This document shows positions 52,579 to 62,868 of a stretch of DNA of 64,000 bases, piece after piece (position 1 is the first letter of the stretch; each line of letters begins with the position of its first letter). The translations under genes were made by a program, and so were the position numbers. The stretch covers positions 3,177,689-3,241,688 of the forward strand of contig OZ244041.1 of NCBI GenBank assembly GCA_965215305.1, read 5' to 3'. This DNA is from Alphaproteobacteria bacterium (lineage in GTDB: Bacteria; Pseudomonadota; Alphaproteobacteria; Bin95). Below the pieces are notes generated by a model, which worked only from the letters and a program-made list of their open reading frames with translations, ran no database searches and was not told the DNA's origin.

Positions 52579-53672
52579 CGCTCTCCGTCGCCATCCGCCA
52601 CGCCTTCCCCGGCTTCGCGCTCGACATCTCCTTCGAGGCGCCGCCGGGCGTTACCGTGCTATTCGGCCGCTCCGGCTCAGGCAAGACGACCACTGTCAAC
52701 GCCGTTGCAGGGCTTCTCAGGCCGCAGGCCGGTCGCGCAGTGGCGGATGGCTGGGTGCTGTTCGACACGGCCCGCGATGCCTGGCTGCCGCCACACCGCC
52801 GCCGGCTCGGCTACATCTTCCAGGAAGGGCGGCTCTTTCCGCATCTGACCGTGCGACAGAACCTGCTTTACGGGCGCTGGTTAGCGCCGAAGGAAGGCCC
52901 GCGCGAAGACATGGGGCGCATTGTAGACATGCTCGGCGTCGGGCATTTGCTGGGCCGCCGCCCCGGCGCGCTGTCGAGCGGAGAGAAGCAACGGGTCGCG
53001 ATCGGGCGGGCTCTGCTTGCGAGCCCCCGACTTATCCTCGCGGATGAGCCGCTGGCCTCGCTGGACGAGGCGCGCAAGGCGGAAATCCTGCCCTATTTCG
53101 AGCGGCTGAGGGACGAGGTGTCCGTGCCCGTGCTCTATGTCAGCCACTCGGCAGCCGAAGTGGCGCGGCTCGCCACGACTGTCATCGCGCTCAGGGACGG
53201 GCGCGTCCTGCGCCAGGGGCCCGCAGTCGAGGTGCTGGGCGACCCGACAGTCACGCCGCTCGGCGCGCGTGGCGCGGGCGCGGTGCTGGAGGCAACGGTC
53301 GTCCGCCACCATGACGACGGGTTGTCGGAGATCGAGGCCGGCAGTGTGCGCCTGTTCCTGCCGAGGGCGCCACATGCGCCCGGCAGCCGGATCCGGGTCC
53401 GGATCGCAGCGCATGAGGTGCTGCTGTCCAGAGGCAAGCCGGAGGGCCTGTCTGCGCTGAACACCCTGCCCGGCACGGTCGAATCGGTCCGGACGGGAGA
53501 GGGGCCGGGCGCCATCGTTTCCGTTCGCACGGCGGCCGGTACCATCCTGTCCCGTTCGACCCGCCGCTCGACCGAAGCGCTGGGTCTGGCCGAGGGCATG
53601 TCCTGCCACGCCGTCATCAAGACCGTCGCCATCGCCCCGGAAGGCGTTGGTGCGGCCTATGGTGACGAGTGA
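52575..53672 (+). CDS. modC: Molybdate ABC transporter ATP-binding protein
   Basis: Walker A (GRSGSGKTT), the signature LSGGEKQRVAIGRAL, Walker B (ILADEPLASLD) and a C-terminal MOP/TOBE domain. Its start overlaps the modB stop (ATGA). Confidence 0.85.
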   Translation: MTLSVAIRHAFPGFALDISFEAPPGVTVLFGRSGSGKTTTVNAVAGLLRPQAGRAVADGWVLFDTARDAWLPPHRRRLGYIFQEGRLFPHLTVRQNLLYGRWLAPKEGPREDMGRIVDMLGVGHLLGRRPGALSSGEKQRVAIGRALLASPRLILADEPLASLDEARKAEILPYFERLRDEVSVPVLYVSHSAAEVARLATTVIALRDGRVLRQGPAVEVLGDPTVTPLGARGAGAVLEATVVRHHDDGLSEIEAGSVRLFLPRAPHAPGSRIRVRIAAHEVLLSRGKPEGLSALNTLPGTVESVRTGEGPGAIVSVRTAAGTILSRSTRRSTEALGLAEGMSCHAVIKTVAIAPEGVGAAYGDE

Positions 53673-53684
53673 CCCGGCCCGGGC

Positions 53685-54824
53685 CTATCCGCCCGTATCG
53701 GCCGGTCCGGTCCGGCGGTGGCGGCGCAGATAGACGCGCAGCATCTCGGCCGCCAACCCCGCCAGCAGGCCCGCCAGCGCGCCCCAGAATACCGTCGCCA
53801 GCGCGGCCGCAGCGATCACCGGGCGGCAATCCGGGCGGGCATCGAACAGTCTCGGGCTCATCACCAGATCGATCGCCGCATAGACGAGCAGCGCCCCCAC
53901 CGCCGCCGGCGGAATCGCCGTGAGGACACCCATAATCTCCGTGCCCGTGAGCGCCGCGGCACCGCAGCAGGCCGCCATGATTATCGGTGCGCCCATGCCC
54001 CGTGCACCGAAGCGGTGATGCGCGGCGATGCCGCCCGCCCCGTGGCACATCGGCATGGCGCCAAGCGGCGCGAACACGAGGTTCAGCAGCCCGTTGGTCG
54101 CCGCCAGCTTCCGCTCCCCCACAGGCGCGGCGCGTTCCGGAAAGAGTGAGCGCGCGACGGCGGCGGCCACGACCACGGCGTTGAGCAGCGTGAGTGGCAA
54201 TTGCGCCAGTACACCCGATGCCACCGCCTCGACGGAAACATGGCCGTCGGTCGGCATGGACGGAGCAGGCGGCGATCCGGCATGGGGCGCGAGCAGCGCC
54301 GCGCCAACAACCACGACAAGCGCCCAGGGCCCGCGCGGCAGGACGAAGGAAAGAGCAAGCACGGCGAGCGCGAGGGTGGCCACGCCCCAGTCCTGGCTCA
54401 TCAGGCCGAAGGCCACGGCGCCGAGCATGAGGCCGAGCCCCACCTGGAGCCCGGCGACGATCGACTGGGGAATCGCGCGCGCCGCCTTCTCGAACACCGG
54501 AACGGCAGCAAGCAGGAGAAGAACCGCACCGGTGACGGCGCCCGCCCAGGCGGTCTCGACCGCAGTAAGCCCGCCGGCGACAATGACTGCGCCAAGCGCC
54601 TTCATCGGCTGAACGGAAATCGGCAACCTGTAAAGACCGGCCACCAACAGGTAACCGACGGCAAAGCCAGCGAACATCGGCGTCGGGGCCAGAATGCCGG
54701 CGGCTGCAGCCGCAACGACATAGGGCAGCAGCGTGCCGAGATCGCCGAATGCCCCCGACAGCTCCCCACTTGCCGCGCGCAGGCGCTCCAAGCGCCCGGC
54801 GCCTTCTCCTCCGAATCCGGGCAT
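53685..54824 (-). CDS. Polytopic membrane transporter, putative sulfate/molybdate transporter family (MOT/SulP-related)
   Basis: 379 aa, highly hydrophobic, with an N-terminal SGAFGDLGTLLPY motif. The call leans on its position convergent with modABC and is tentative. Confidence 0.4.
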   Translation of the reverse strand: MPGFGGEGAGRLERLRAASGELSGAFGDLGTLLPYVVAAAAAGILAPTPMFAGFAVGYLLVAGLYRLPISVQPMKALGAVIVAGGLTAVETAWAGAVTGAVLLLLAAVPVFEKAARAIPQSIVAGLQVGLGLMLGAVAFGLMSQDWGVATLALAVLALSFVLPRGPWALVVVVGAALLAPHAGSPPAPSMPTDGHVSVEAVASGVLAQLPLTLLNAVVVAAAVARSLFPERAAPVGERKLAATNGLLNLVFAPLGAMPMCHGAGGIAAHHRFGARGMGAPIIMAACCGAAALTGTEIMGVLTAIPPAAVGALLVYAAIDLVMSPRLFDARPDCRPVIAAAALATVFWGALAGLLAGLAAEMLRVYLRRHRRTGPADTGG

Positions 54825-55221
54825 TCTCGCTATCTTGTTGTTTTTGCGCCTGTCCTGTGCGCAAGCCTACAGGCCACAACCATTGCGCGAAAGGCCCTGC
54901 AGTCGCTGCTGCGGCAAGGAACTACCCTTTGGAGCAATGGAACGATCTGGAGCGGAACGTATCGGGCTGTCCGCAGCAAAACGGGCGTTATCAGCGCAGG
55001 CACAAGATGTTGAAGGCGGAGACCCGGGAGCAACAGCAGGTCCGTTTCGACCGCTTTCGCGAGGATTGCAGCCTAACGAGGCGCAGGGCCGACAGCGGCT
55101 GCGGCCTCCTTGCAGTCCTCGCCCGGACCTTGCCCCGAGCGGCTGGCGGGCGAGGCGGTCAGCATCGCCGAGGCCGACAGCGGCTACTGACTCGTGCGCT
55201 TTGCCGATATTGACCTCGGCG

Positions 55222-56133
55222 TCACCCCCGAAAACCGATCTCGTCGAAAAACTCCAGCATCATCCGGCGGCACCGCCTCGGCGCTTCTATCTGGTGCAGA
55301 TGGGAGGTTTCCGGGACGAAGTCGTAGTCCACATGGACCAGTTCCTCCATTCCTTCGCCGGGAAGATAGGTGCCGGCAATCGTCGGGTCCGCGGAGATCG
55401 CCTTGACCGGACAGGGCGCATCTCTTGCCTCCGTTCTGCTCGACCAGGAATAGTGCTCCTCGAACATCCGGGCTTCGTATTCCGGCGGGCAGCGGAGTTC
55501 GACGCCGCCTTCCGGGCAGGGCCTCAGCGTCGTGCGCGCGATCAGCTCGAAATCCTCGGGACGTAGCCGGTTGAATATCGGCATCCGGGCCAGCCGCCTG
55601 GCGAAACTCTCATAGGTCGGGTAGCGGCTTCGGCGCCTTCGCGCGATCCGGGCCAGACGGGCGCCTGCCACTTCGCCGTCCTTGCGGGTCTGTCCCGGCG
55701 GAACCAGGGGCAGGTCGAACGCCACGATCGCGCGGAAGCAGACCAGCCCGTCTATGGCCTGCCGAAGGCCGACCACTCCCGAAAGCGAATGAAACACACC
55801 GACAAGGGGCTTCCGGCCGAACGCGCCCTCAATCGCCTGCACTGTCCGCCGTCCATCATCGACAAGGTTGGCGATACAATGGCCTTCCAGACCGCCCACG
55901 GGATTCCAACCGTGATTGCGAAGGTCGTGTACAAGGATGTCGAACCGGTCGGTCAATCCGCCCCAGAACGGGAAATAGGCGTCCACTGCCATTCCGTTCC
56001 CATGAGTCAGAAGCAGACGCGGCCCGTCGGGAATCCCATGCCGGCGGACATGGATAACGCCTCCATGCCGCGTCCCGATCTTCAGTACATCGATCGGCTC
56101 CGGTATCTCCCAGGCATCGCCCACCCTGCGCAA
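55222..56133 (-). CDS. Alpha/beta-fold hydrolase
   Basis: HG oxyanion region (LLLTHGNG) and a nucleophile elbow (GVFHSLSGVVG). Confidence 0.75.
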   Translation of the reverse strand: MRRVGDAWEIPEPIDVLKIGTRHGGVIHVRRHGIPDGPRLLLTHGNGMAVDAYFPFWGGLTDRFDILVHDLRNHGWNPVGGLEGHCIANLVDDGRRTVQAIEGAFGRKPLVGVFHSLSGVVGLRQAIDGLVCFRAIVAFDLPLVPPGQTRKDGEVAGARLARIARRRRSRYPTYESFARRLARMPIFNRLRPEDFELIARTTLRPCPEGGVELRCPPEYEARMFEEHYSWSSRTEARDAPCPVKAISADPTIAGTYLPGEGMEELVHVDYDFVPETSHLHQIEAPRRCRRMMLEFFDEIGFRG

Positions 56134-56282
56134 CCTCCTTCAATTCCCGTGCCGCCAGACGCTGGAATCCTCCTTGGCTGCTCCTTCTAATCCGTTCTAC
56201 GCTGCGTTTCGAGCCGTCGGGACAACGCGGAAGGCAGGCCCTCCGGAGACGGCGACAAGACGGGGCATCGGGGAGGCAGACA

Positions 56283-57578
56283 GTGGCTTTGGACAAACGT
56301 GGCCTGGAATTGACGGCGGCCGGCGACGAGGCGGCGGCCGCACTGGATGCGGCACTGGACGATTTCCTGGCTTTCGGGCGGGAAGCGGGGCCGTTGCTCA
56401 AGGCAGCATTTGACGCCGATGCCGAAATGCCGATGGCGCATGTTCTCCGGGGCTATTTCTTCCTGCTGATGGGCGTCGGCGCGCTCAGGCCCCGGGCGGC
56501 GAAATCCGGTGCGCAGGCAAGCGGGCTTGCGGCAACGGCGCGCGAGCGCGCCCATGCGGATGCCCTCTCACGCTGGGCCGCCGGCGACACGGCCGGGGCC
56601 GTACGCTGCTTCGAGGGCATTCTGCTGGACCACCCGCGCGACATTCTCGCCATCCGCCTCGCGCATTACCTGCATTTCTATCACGGCGCGCTGGCCCAGC
56701 ACCGGGACAGCGTCGCCCGCGTCCTGCCAGCCTGGGACGAAAGCGTGCCGGGCTACGGCTATGTACTTGGCATGCGCGCCTTCGGGCTGGAGGAAGTCGG
56801 TGACTACGCGCTGGCCGAGGAGTTCGGCCGACGGGCGGTAGCGATTGACCCTTCCGATGCGTGGTCGGTTCACTCCGTCGCCCATGTCATGGAGATGCAG
56901 GGTCGCACCGAGGAAGGCATCGCCTGGGTCCGCGAGAACGAGGCGCACTGGGAAACCAAGATCCACAATTTCCGCCATCATCTCTGGTGGCACCAGGCGC
57001 TGTTCCACCTGGCGCGGGACGAGGACGGTGCAGCGCTCGACCTCTATGACAACCGCTTCCGGACCGACGACGCGAGCGACGATGTGCTCGATATCGCCAA
57101 TGCCGCCTCCATGCTGCTCCGTCTGCATTTCCGGGGCGTCGATGCGGGCGGGCGCTGGGACGAGCTGGCCGGACATTCCGCCTCGCGCATCACGGACGGC
57201 ATCTTCCCCTTCTTCGATGCGCATTACATGGCGGCGCTCGCCATGGCCGGCGACAACGACAATGTGCGCAACCATCTCAACACCATGGCCGGGCGCAGCG
57301 GCGAGGCGACGGCCGACGCCGTCTATGACGAAGTCGGCCGGCCGCTATGTGAGGCTATCGCGGCCTTCGGCGACGGTGAGCCGGGCCGCTGCTTCGACCT
57401 GCTCGAGCCGGTCCGCTATGACTTGGTCCGCCTTGGCGGCAGCCATGCCCAGCGCGACGTCTTCATGCAATTGCTGATCGCGGCCGGCAAGGAGGCCGGC
57501 CGCGAACACGAACTGCGCGCGCTACTGGCTGAGCGCGCCGCCCTCAAGCCGGGCGCGGTGGCGTCCTGGATGAATTAG
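56283..57578 (+). CDS. Tetratricopeptide-repeat protein (TTC38-like family)
   Basis: 431 aa, helical-repeat composition, with conserved HSVAHVMEMQGRTEEGIAW...HHLWWHQALFHL as in the TTC38 family. Confidence 0.55.
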   Translation: MALDKRGLELTAAGDEAAAALDAALDDFLAFGREAGPLLKAAFDADAEMPMAHVLRGYFFLLMGVGALRPRAAKSGAQASGLAATARERAHADALSRWAAGDTAGAVRCFEGILLDHPRDILAIRLAHYLHFYHGALAQHRDSVARVLPAWDESVPGYGYVLGMRAFGLEEVGDYALAEEFGRRAVAIDPSDAWSVHSVAHVMEMQGRTEEGIAWVRENEAHWETKIHNFRHHLWWHQALFHLARDEDGAALDLYDNRFRTDDASDDVLDIANAASMLLRLHFRGVDAGGRWDELAGHSASRITDGIFPFFDAHYMAALAMAGDNDNVRNHLNTMAGRSGEATADAVYDEVGRPLCEAIAAFGDGEPGRCFDLLEPVRYDLVRLGGSHAQRDVFMQLLIAAGKEAGREHELRALLAERAALKPGAVASWMN

Positions 57579-57640
57579 GGTGGCGTCTGCTCGGATCGAT
57601 CGCATAGCCCCTGGTGCCGAAGCGGCGCTTCAGGCGCAAT

Positions 57641-58126
57641 TCAATGCAGGTGGCGGGGCAGGCTTTCGACAGACTGGGAAACCAGCGCGTCGGCGCGAGG
57701 CTTGTCCAGATGGCGTCCGATCAGGGTGCGGGCTGCGGCGGCGGACAAGCGGACGGCATGGGCACGCACCTCGCCAAGGGCTTCCTGCTCCGCCTGGGCG
57801 ATCTTGGCGATGGCCTGTTGCTCGCGGCGCCTGAGCGCATCTCCAAGCGCACGCTCCGCCTCATCTGCCATGCGCGCCGCCTCCTCGCGCGCATGCGCGA
57901 TCACTGCCTCGGCCTCGGCCTGTGCGCCCTGCTGCTTTCTCTCGTAGTCGGCGAGCATAGCTTGCGCCTCCTCGCGGAGCGTCGCCGCATCGTCGATAGA
58001 CGCCTTGATCCCGGTCGCCCGGTCGTCGAGAGCCTTCGTCGCGCTCCGCCAGACGACACGCGCCACCGCAGCGATGAAAATGACGAAGCCGACTGCCGTC
58101 CAGAATGTGGGGTCGGAGAACATCAC
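57641..58126 (-). CDS. atpF: F0F1 ATP synthase subunit b
   Basis: 161 aa with an N-terminal TM (FWTAVGFVIFIAAVARVVW) and a long Ala/Glu/Arg-rich coiled coil. It is the last gene of the F0 operon. Confidence 0.85.
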   Translation of the reverse strand: MMFSDPTFWTAVGFVIFIAAVARVVWRSATKALDDRATGIKASIDDAATLREEAQAMLADYERKQQGAQAEAEAVIAHAREEAARMADEAERALGDALRRREQQAIAKIAQAEQEALGEVRAHAVRLSAAAARTLIGRHLDKPRADALVSQSVESLPRHLH

Positions 58127-58608
58127 GCGCCCGCCTGCCTGGCGGCTGCGGCCGCCTCGTCCGCATCGACATCGACGCCGATCAGCCTCGCCGTCATGGC
58201 CTGGGCAACTTCTCCCGCCGCCGCCTCAATGCCAGCCAGCGCCTGGCGGCGTGCTTCGGTGATCCGGGCCTCGGCCGCGGCAGTATCCTTCGCAAGGCGT
58301 TCGCCGAGCGCCGCATGGCGGGCTGCCGCCTCGGCAGCCGTCGCCTCCTGCTGCTCACGAATGACCCGCCGCGCCTCGGCGCGGGCATCCGCCTGCGCCT
58401 GCTCATAGGCGCGCAGCACGCCCTCGGCCTCGTCGCGAAGCGCCGCCGCCCGGGCGAGGTCGTCATCAATCCGTTCCCGGCGTTCCTGCAGAATGCCCTG
58501 CACGCGCGGCAGCGCGACCTTGAGCATCACAACCAGCAGAATGCCGAAGATGACCGCCAGCCAGAAGATCTGGCTCGCATAGGTGGAGATCTGCTCCAGT
58601 TGCGGCAT
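58123..58608 (-). CDS. F0F1 ATP synthase subunit b' (b-prime)
   Basis: Start at MPQLEQISTYASQIFWLAVIFGILLVVML; one TM plus a coiled coil, about 162 aa. The upstream part of the track ORF is Arg/His-rich nonsense overlapping atpE. Confidence 0.8.
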   Translation of the reverse strand: MPQLEQISTYASQIFWLAVIFGILLVVMLKVALPRVQGILQERRERIDDDLARAAALRDEAEGVLRAYEQAQADARAEARRVIREQQEATAAEAAARHAALGERLAKDTAAAEARITEARRQALAGIEAAAGEVAQAMTARLIGVDVDADEAAAAARQAGA

Positions 58609-58628
58609 GGGCCGGCCCCGGCGCGGCC

Positions 58629-58856
58629 TTAGCCGAACAGGATGACGAGCGCCACGACGAGCGCGAAGAGCGCGATGGCCTCGACGAGAGCAAAGCCCAG
58701 CATGGTCATCGGGAAGACTTCCCCCCGCGCCGACGGGTTGCGCCCGACCGCCTGGATAAAGGAAGCGAAAATATTGCCGATGCCGATGCCGGCGCCGATG
58801 ACGCCGATGACGGCAAGACCCGCGCCGATGACTTTGGCGGCCTCTGTTTCCATGGG
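58629..58856 (-). CDS. atpE: F0F1 ATP synthase subunit c
   Basis: METEAAKVIGAGLAVIGVIGAGIGIGNIFASFIQAVGRNPSARGEVFPMTMLGFALVEAIALFALVVALVILFG is a canonical 75-aa c-subunit, including the conserved carboxylate Glu. Confidence 0.92.
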   Translation of the reverse strand, partial: PMETEAAKVIGAGLAVIGVIGAGIGIGNIFASFIQAVGRNPSARGEVFPMTMLGFALVEAIALFALVVALVILFG

Positions 58857-58888
58857 TTGGTCCCTTCTTCGCGTAGGCGGAAAGCCGG

Positions 58889-59656
58889 TTAGTGGAGGTG
58901 AAGCGCGTCGTTGATGTAGAGGCAGGTGAGGATCGCGAACACATAGGCCTGCAGGAACGCGATGACGATCTCCAGCCCCGTCAGCGCCGAAACGAAGGCG
59001 AGCGGCAAGATGCCGGCAACGCCGAGCGCCGGCACAAAACCGGCGAAGACCTTGAGCAGGGTGTGGCCGGCCAGCATGTTGGCGAAAAGCCGCACCGAAA
59101 GGCTGATCGGCCGGGAGAGGTAGGAGATGATCTCGATCGGGATCAGCAGCGGCCACATGAGCACCGAGACGCCGGGCGGCACGAAGAAGCTGAAGAAGTG
59201 CATGCCGTGCTTGACAAAACCCAGCACAGTGACGCCGATAAAGACCACGGCCGCCATCGCGAAGGTGACCGCGATATGGCTCGTGAAGGTGAAGCTGTAG
59301 GGGATCATGCCGGCGAGATTACCGAACAGGATGAACATGAAGAGCGTGAAGATGAGCGGGAAGTATCTCCGGCCCTCGTCGCCCACCGTGTCGCGCACCA
59401 TGCCGGCGATAAACTCGTAGGCGAGCTCCGCAATCGACTGCAACCGCCCTGGCACCAGGGCGCGCCGGCGCGTCCCGCCGACCATCACCGCGATCACGCC
59501 GGCGGCGGCAACCGCCATCCAGACGGTCGAATTGGTGATGTCCAGCTCGACCCCGGCGACAGGGATATCGACCAGCTCCTTGATCCGGAACTGCTCCAGC
59601 GGACCGTGTGCGTCTCCGGCCACCCGGCTTCCCCCTTCAGCCTTCCTCTCCGTCAT
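58889..59656 (-). CDS. atpB: F0F1 ATP synthase subunit a
   Basis: Motifs SLSVRLFANMLAGH (the essential Arg) and LAFLQAYVFAILTCLYI. Start chosen at MTERKAEGG. Confidence 0.85.
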   Translation of the reverse strand: MTERKAEGGSRVAGDAHGPLEQFRIKELVDIPVAGVELDITNSTVWMAVAAAGVIAVMVGGTRRRALVPGRLQSIAELAYEFIAGMVRDTVGDEGRRYFPLIFTLFMFILFGNLAGMIPYSFTFTSHIAVTFAMAAVVFIGVTVLGFVKHGMHFFSFFVPPGVSVLMWPLLIPIEIISYLSRPISLSVRLFANMLAGHTLLKVFAGFVPALGVAGILPLAFVSALTGLEIVIAFLQAYVFAILTCLYINDALHLH

Positions 59657-59975
59657 GCGGCGGCCGCTCCCGGCGCCAGCCGGGCGCAGCGTCCATGCCA
59701 CTCATATACCGGTACACGTTCATCACCCCGGCCGCCGCCCCGAGTACGAAAAAGGCAACCATCAGCCAAGGTGCCGTATCGAGCCAACGGTCCAAGCCCC
59801 AGCCAATCGCCACGCCGACTCCCAGCGCCGCTACAAGCTCCACCCCGATCCGCATGGCCGCGCCCAACCCCTCTTTCGGGGACGGCTTCGGCGCCGCTTT
59901 GTCCCTGCGACGCCGAGCATCGGCCAGTCTGTCGGAGAAATCGTGAAGGGGGCCGTTCCTGTTGTCTTCGCCCAT
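59637..59975 (-). CDS. atpI: ATP synthase protein I (AtpI/AtpZ-like small membrane protein)
   Basis: A small, two-TM protein (IGVELVAALGVGVAIGWGLDRWLDTAPWLMVAFFVLGAAAGVMNVY) directly upstream of atpB. Start chosen at MGEDNRN. Confidence 0.6.
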   Translation of the reverse strand: MGEDNRNGPLHDFSDRLADARRRRDKAAPKPSPKEGLGAAMRIGVELVAALGVGVAIGWGLDRWLDTAPWLMVAFFVLGAAAGVMNVYRYMSGMDAAPGWRRERPPHDGEEG

Positions 59976-60139
59976 TTTCGCCACGAAACGCCGCCCGGCG
60001 CGGAGCCCGCCCCGGAAGCGCCCGGACACTAGGGGCGGCCAAGCCCCGCTGTCAAGGAACCGCGGAGCCGGTCAAGCCATTGATGCCGCTCTCGAATTCG
60101 CCGCATTTCGGAATATGCGACAGTATGTATCGACACCCC

Positions 60140-61843
60140 TCAACCGCCTGTGAGGACGGTGTCGGAGATCCGTTCGGCCATCATGATGGTCGGGATATTG
60201 GTGTTGGCGCAGGGCACGGCCGGCATGATCGAGGCGTCCACGACCCGGAGCCCGGCGAGCCCGCGTACCCGGCCCTGTTCGTCGGTCACCGCCATCGGGT
60301 CGTCGTCGTGGCCCATGCGATTGGTGCAGGAGGCGTGCCAGACACCGACGGCCGTGGCGCGCACGAACCCCTCGAGGGCCCCGTCGTCCTCCAGTAAGTC
60401 GCTGAGGCGCAGCCCGCCCGTAATCAGCCGGTCGATCAGCGTGCCACGCAGGCCGCCCGCCATATCCAGCACACCACCCACCGCCTTTGAGATCAACTCG
60501 TTGCGCTTTGTCACGCGGCCGATGGCGCGTACCTTCTCGCTGTAGGAGGAAGGGAAAGCGTAGCCGGCGGCACGCGCCACGGCGGGATGCAGGTTGATCG
60601 TCGAGGCGCGCAGGAAGGCGTCCTTCAGGCGGTCGAGGTCGCGTTCGTCGGAAAGCAGGTTGAACTCGACCTCGGGCTCCTCCCGCCAGTCCTTGGAGAC
60701 AAGGCGAACCTCGCCCGTGGAATAGGATTTATTGACGAATACCAGCAGCGAGCCAAGCCGCTCACCAACCGCGTGCCAGCCGGATTTCGACACCTGAACG
60801 ATGAACATGTCCCCCTGCGGCGCATCATGCAGGCCGGAGGAGTAACGCGCGCCGACATGGATATGGCGGGCGTCCTTGCGCGTCATGCGCGACTCGCCCG
60901 GAAGCCAGGTCGAGCAGGCGACCGAGGGGTGGTCCATCAGGTTCTGGCCAACTCCCGGCAGATGATGGCGGACCTCGATGCCCATATCGGCCAAATGGCC
61001 GGCCGGGCCGATGCCGGAGCGGAGCAGATGCGCCGGCGAATGCACGGCCCCGCTGCACAACACCACCTCGCGGGCCATGAATGTCTCGGCCTTGCCGCGC
61101 TGCTCGGCCTTGACGCCCACCGCGCGCAGGCCGTCGAACAGGATTTCCGTGACATGGGTTTCGGAACGAATCTCGAGATTGTCACGGAGCCGTGTCGCCG
61201 GGTCGAGATAGCCGATGGCCGTCGAGACCCTGCGGTCGTAGAGGTTCGAGATTGTGACCGGGAAATGCCCGTCCTCGAAGACGCCGTTCTGGTCGGTGAG
61301 ATACGGGTAGCCGAGGTCTGCCATCGCTTCCGCAACGGCCTTGGCATAAGAGGTCCATTCCTGCTGGAAGATACGCCGGATCGGAATGCGCCCCTCCCGG
61401 CCGTGCAGTTCGCCCTCATAGTCCATGTCGCGTTCGAGCCTGCGGAAATAGGGCAGGCAACTCTGCCAGCTCCAGCCCTTCGCACCCTGGCGCCCCCAGT
61501 CGTCATAGTCGTTCGGCGAGCCCCGGTTGGCCATCTGCCCGTTGATCGATGACCCGCCGCCCATGATCCGCGCCTGCTCGTAATTGCGCAGTTCCGGTTT
61601 CTCGTTCTCGGGCAGGTTCTTGTTCACCGGCTGCAGCCGCACCCGGAGCCTGTTCCAGGTGTAGTCCGGATTGAAATAGGCCGTGCCGGGATAGCTCGAA
61701 TGCACATCCGGCGGGATCGCGCCATGCGGCGTGTCCATGCCCGCCTCCAGCAACAACACCCTGTTGGCGCTCCGGGCCGAAAGCCGATTCGCCATGACCG
61801 AGCCGGCGGACCCGCCACCGACGATGACATAGTCGTACTGCAT
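60140..61843 (-). CDS. GMC-family oxidoreductase (choline dehydrogenase-like)
   Basis: MQYDYVIVGGGSAGSVMANRLS..., the GMC signature GGSSINGQM, and C-terminal active-site His residues. Confidence 0.85.
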   Translation of the reverse strand: MQYDYVIVGGGSAGSVMANRLSARSANRVLLLEAGMDTPHGAIPPDVHSSYPGTAYFNPDYTWNRLRVRLQPVNKNLPENEKPELRNYEQARIMGGGSSINGQMANRGSPNDYDDWGRQGAKGWSWQSCLPYFRRLERDMDYEGELHGREGRIPIRRIFQQEWTSYAKAVAEAMADLGYPYLTDQNGVFEDGHFPVTISNLYDRRVSTAIGYLDPATRLRDNLEIRSETHVTEILFDGLRAVGVKAEQRGKAETFMAREVVLCSGAVHSPAHLLRSGIGPAGHLADMGIEVRHHLPGVGQNLMDHPSVACSTWLPGESRMTRKDARHIHVGARYSSGLHDAPQGDMFIVQVSKSGWHAVGERLGSLLVFVNKSYSTGEVRLVSKDWREEPEVEFNLLSDERDLDRLKDAFLRASTINLHPAVARAAGYAFPSSYSEKVRAIGRVTKRNELISKAVGGVLDMAGGLRGTLIDRLITGGLRLSDLLEDDGALEGFVRATAVGVWHASCTNRMGHDDDPMAVTDEQGRVRGLAGLRVVDASIMPAVPCANTNIPTIMMAERISDTVLTGG

Positions 61844-61908
61844 CGCAAGCCTCCCGGACGCTATGGTGCTATGCGGATGCGGAAATGGGAAGGCTTGCCG
61901 TGAACGGC

Positions 61909-62775
61909 ATGAAACTGAGCCATGTCGCGCTCGCGGTGCGGGGCGTGGAGGAAACCGCAGAAGCGCTGGAACGGGGCTTCGGGCTTTCGAGGCGGGATAT
62001 CGGCGGCGTGCCGTTCCTCGGCATCGGCGAGACGGCGCTGGCGCTGTTCGAGGCGGGCGATCCGGCGCTCGGCGGCGAGGACCGGGCCGGCGTGGACCAT
62101 ATCGCCTTTCGCGTGGAGGACGCGCCGCCCTTCGGCGTTGAAGGCCCGGGCATTGTGGGCGCTGCGGAGTGGCGCGTGGACCCGGCGGAGACCGCCGGCG
62201 TCAGGCTGCGCTTCACCACGCCGCTCGACCTGCCCCGGTCCCGCTCGACCTGGACATCGCGGCTCGACCATATCGGCATCGCCAGCCGCGACAATGCCGA
62301 GGGCAAGGCCGTCTTCGTGGAGCGGCTGGGCTTTCCGCTCGAGAGCGAGCAGACCGATATGGAGACTACGGTCGCCGTCGAGAGTTTCACCTCCGACCGC
62401 TATGGCGTCGTCATGCATACGCGCCCGCCCGTCATCGTGGGCGGGCTGCGCGTCGCCTTCGTCACCGTGGGCGATTGCGAGCTGGAGTTCCTCGCCGACC
62501 TCGATCCCGGCATGGATGCCCGCATCGACCGCGGCCGGGCCGGCGACACCCGCCAGGATCGCAGCGCCATTGCCCGCTATGTCGAGCGGCGCGGCCCCGG
62601 CCTGCACCATCTCGCCTTCCACACGGACGATATCGACGCCAATCTCGCCCGCCTTGCCGAAGCCGGCTTCCGCATGATCGACGGCAAGGGCCGCCCCGGC
62701 TCCCGCCGCGCGCGCATCGGCTTCGTCCATCCCTCCGCACTCGGGGGCGTGCTCGCGCATTTCGTCGACCGGTAG
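61909..62775 (+). CDS. VOC-family protein (two glyoxalase/dioxygenase-like domains; methylmalonyl-CoA epimerase-like)
   Basis: Two beta-alpha-beta-beta-beta modules (MKLSHVALAV...DHIAFRVED; LDHIGIASRD...HHLAFHTDD). Confidence 0.65.
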   Translation: MKLSHVALAVRGVEETAEALERGFGLSRRDIGGVPFLGIGETALALFEAGDPALGGEDRAGVDHIAFRVEDAPPFGVEGPGIVGAAEWRVDPAETAGVRLRFTTPLDLPRSRSTWTSRLDHIGIASRDNAEGKAVFVERLGFPLESEQTDMETTVAVESFTSDRYGVVMHTRPPVIVGGLRVAFVTVGDCELEFLADLDPGMDARIDRGRAGDTRQDRSAIARYVERRGPGLHHLAFHTDDIDANLARLAEAGFRMIDGKGRPGSRRARIGFVHPSALGGVLAHFVDR

Positions 62776-62868
62776 CGGTCGAGCCGCCGGCATGAGAGAA
62801 GCGTTGACATGCTGACGCCAGTAAAACAGAACTTAGGTAAGTAAGAATATCAGGAACCGGGCGGGCAA

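Noticed and set aside
53617-54879. A 420-aa minus-strand ORF in an alternate frame over the membrane transporter gene
   Set aside because: It is Arg/Gly/Cys-rich and not hydrophobic. The co-located frame 53685-54824 gives a coherent polytopic membrane protein instead.
58123-59156. The 5' extensions of the track ORFs for ATP synthase b' (273 aa) and c (175 aa)
   Set aside because: The extensions are Arg/His/Pro-rich and overlap the neighbouring genes. The true starts (MPQLEQIS and METEAAKV) give canonical lengths.
62796-62868. A sigma-70-like TTGACA box in the AT-rich segment upstream of the 185-aa ORF
   Set aside because: There is no convincing -10 hexamer at 16-18 bp spacing. It is noted only as a compositional anomaly, not called as a promoter.
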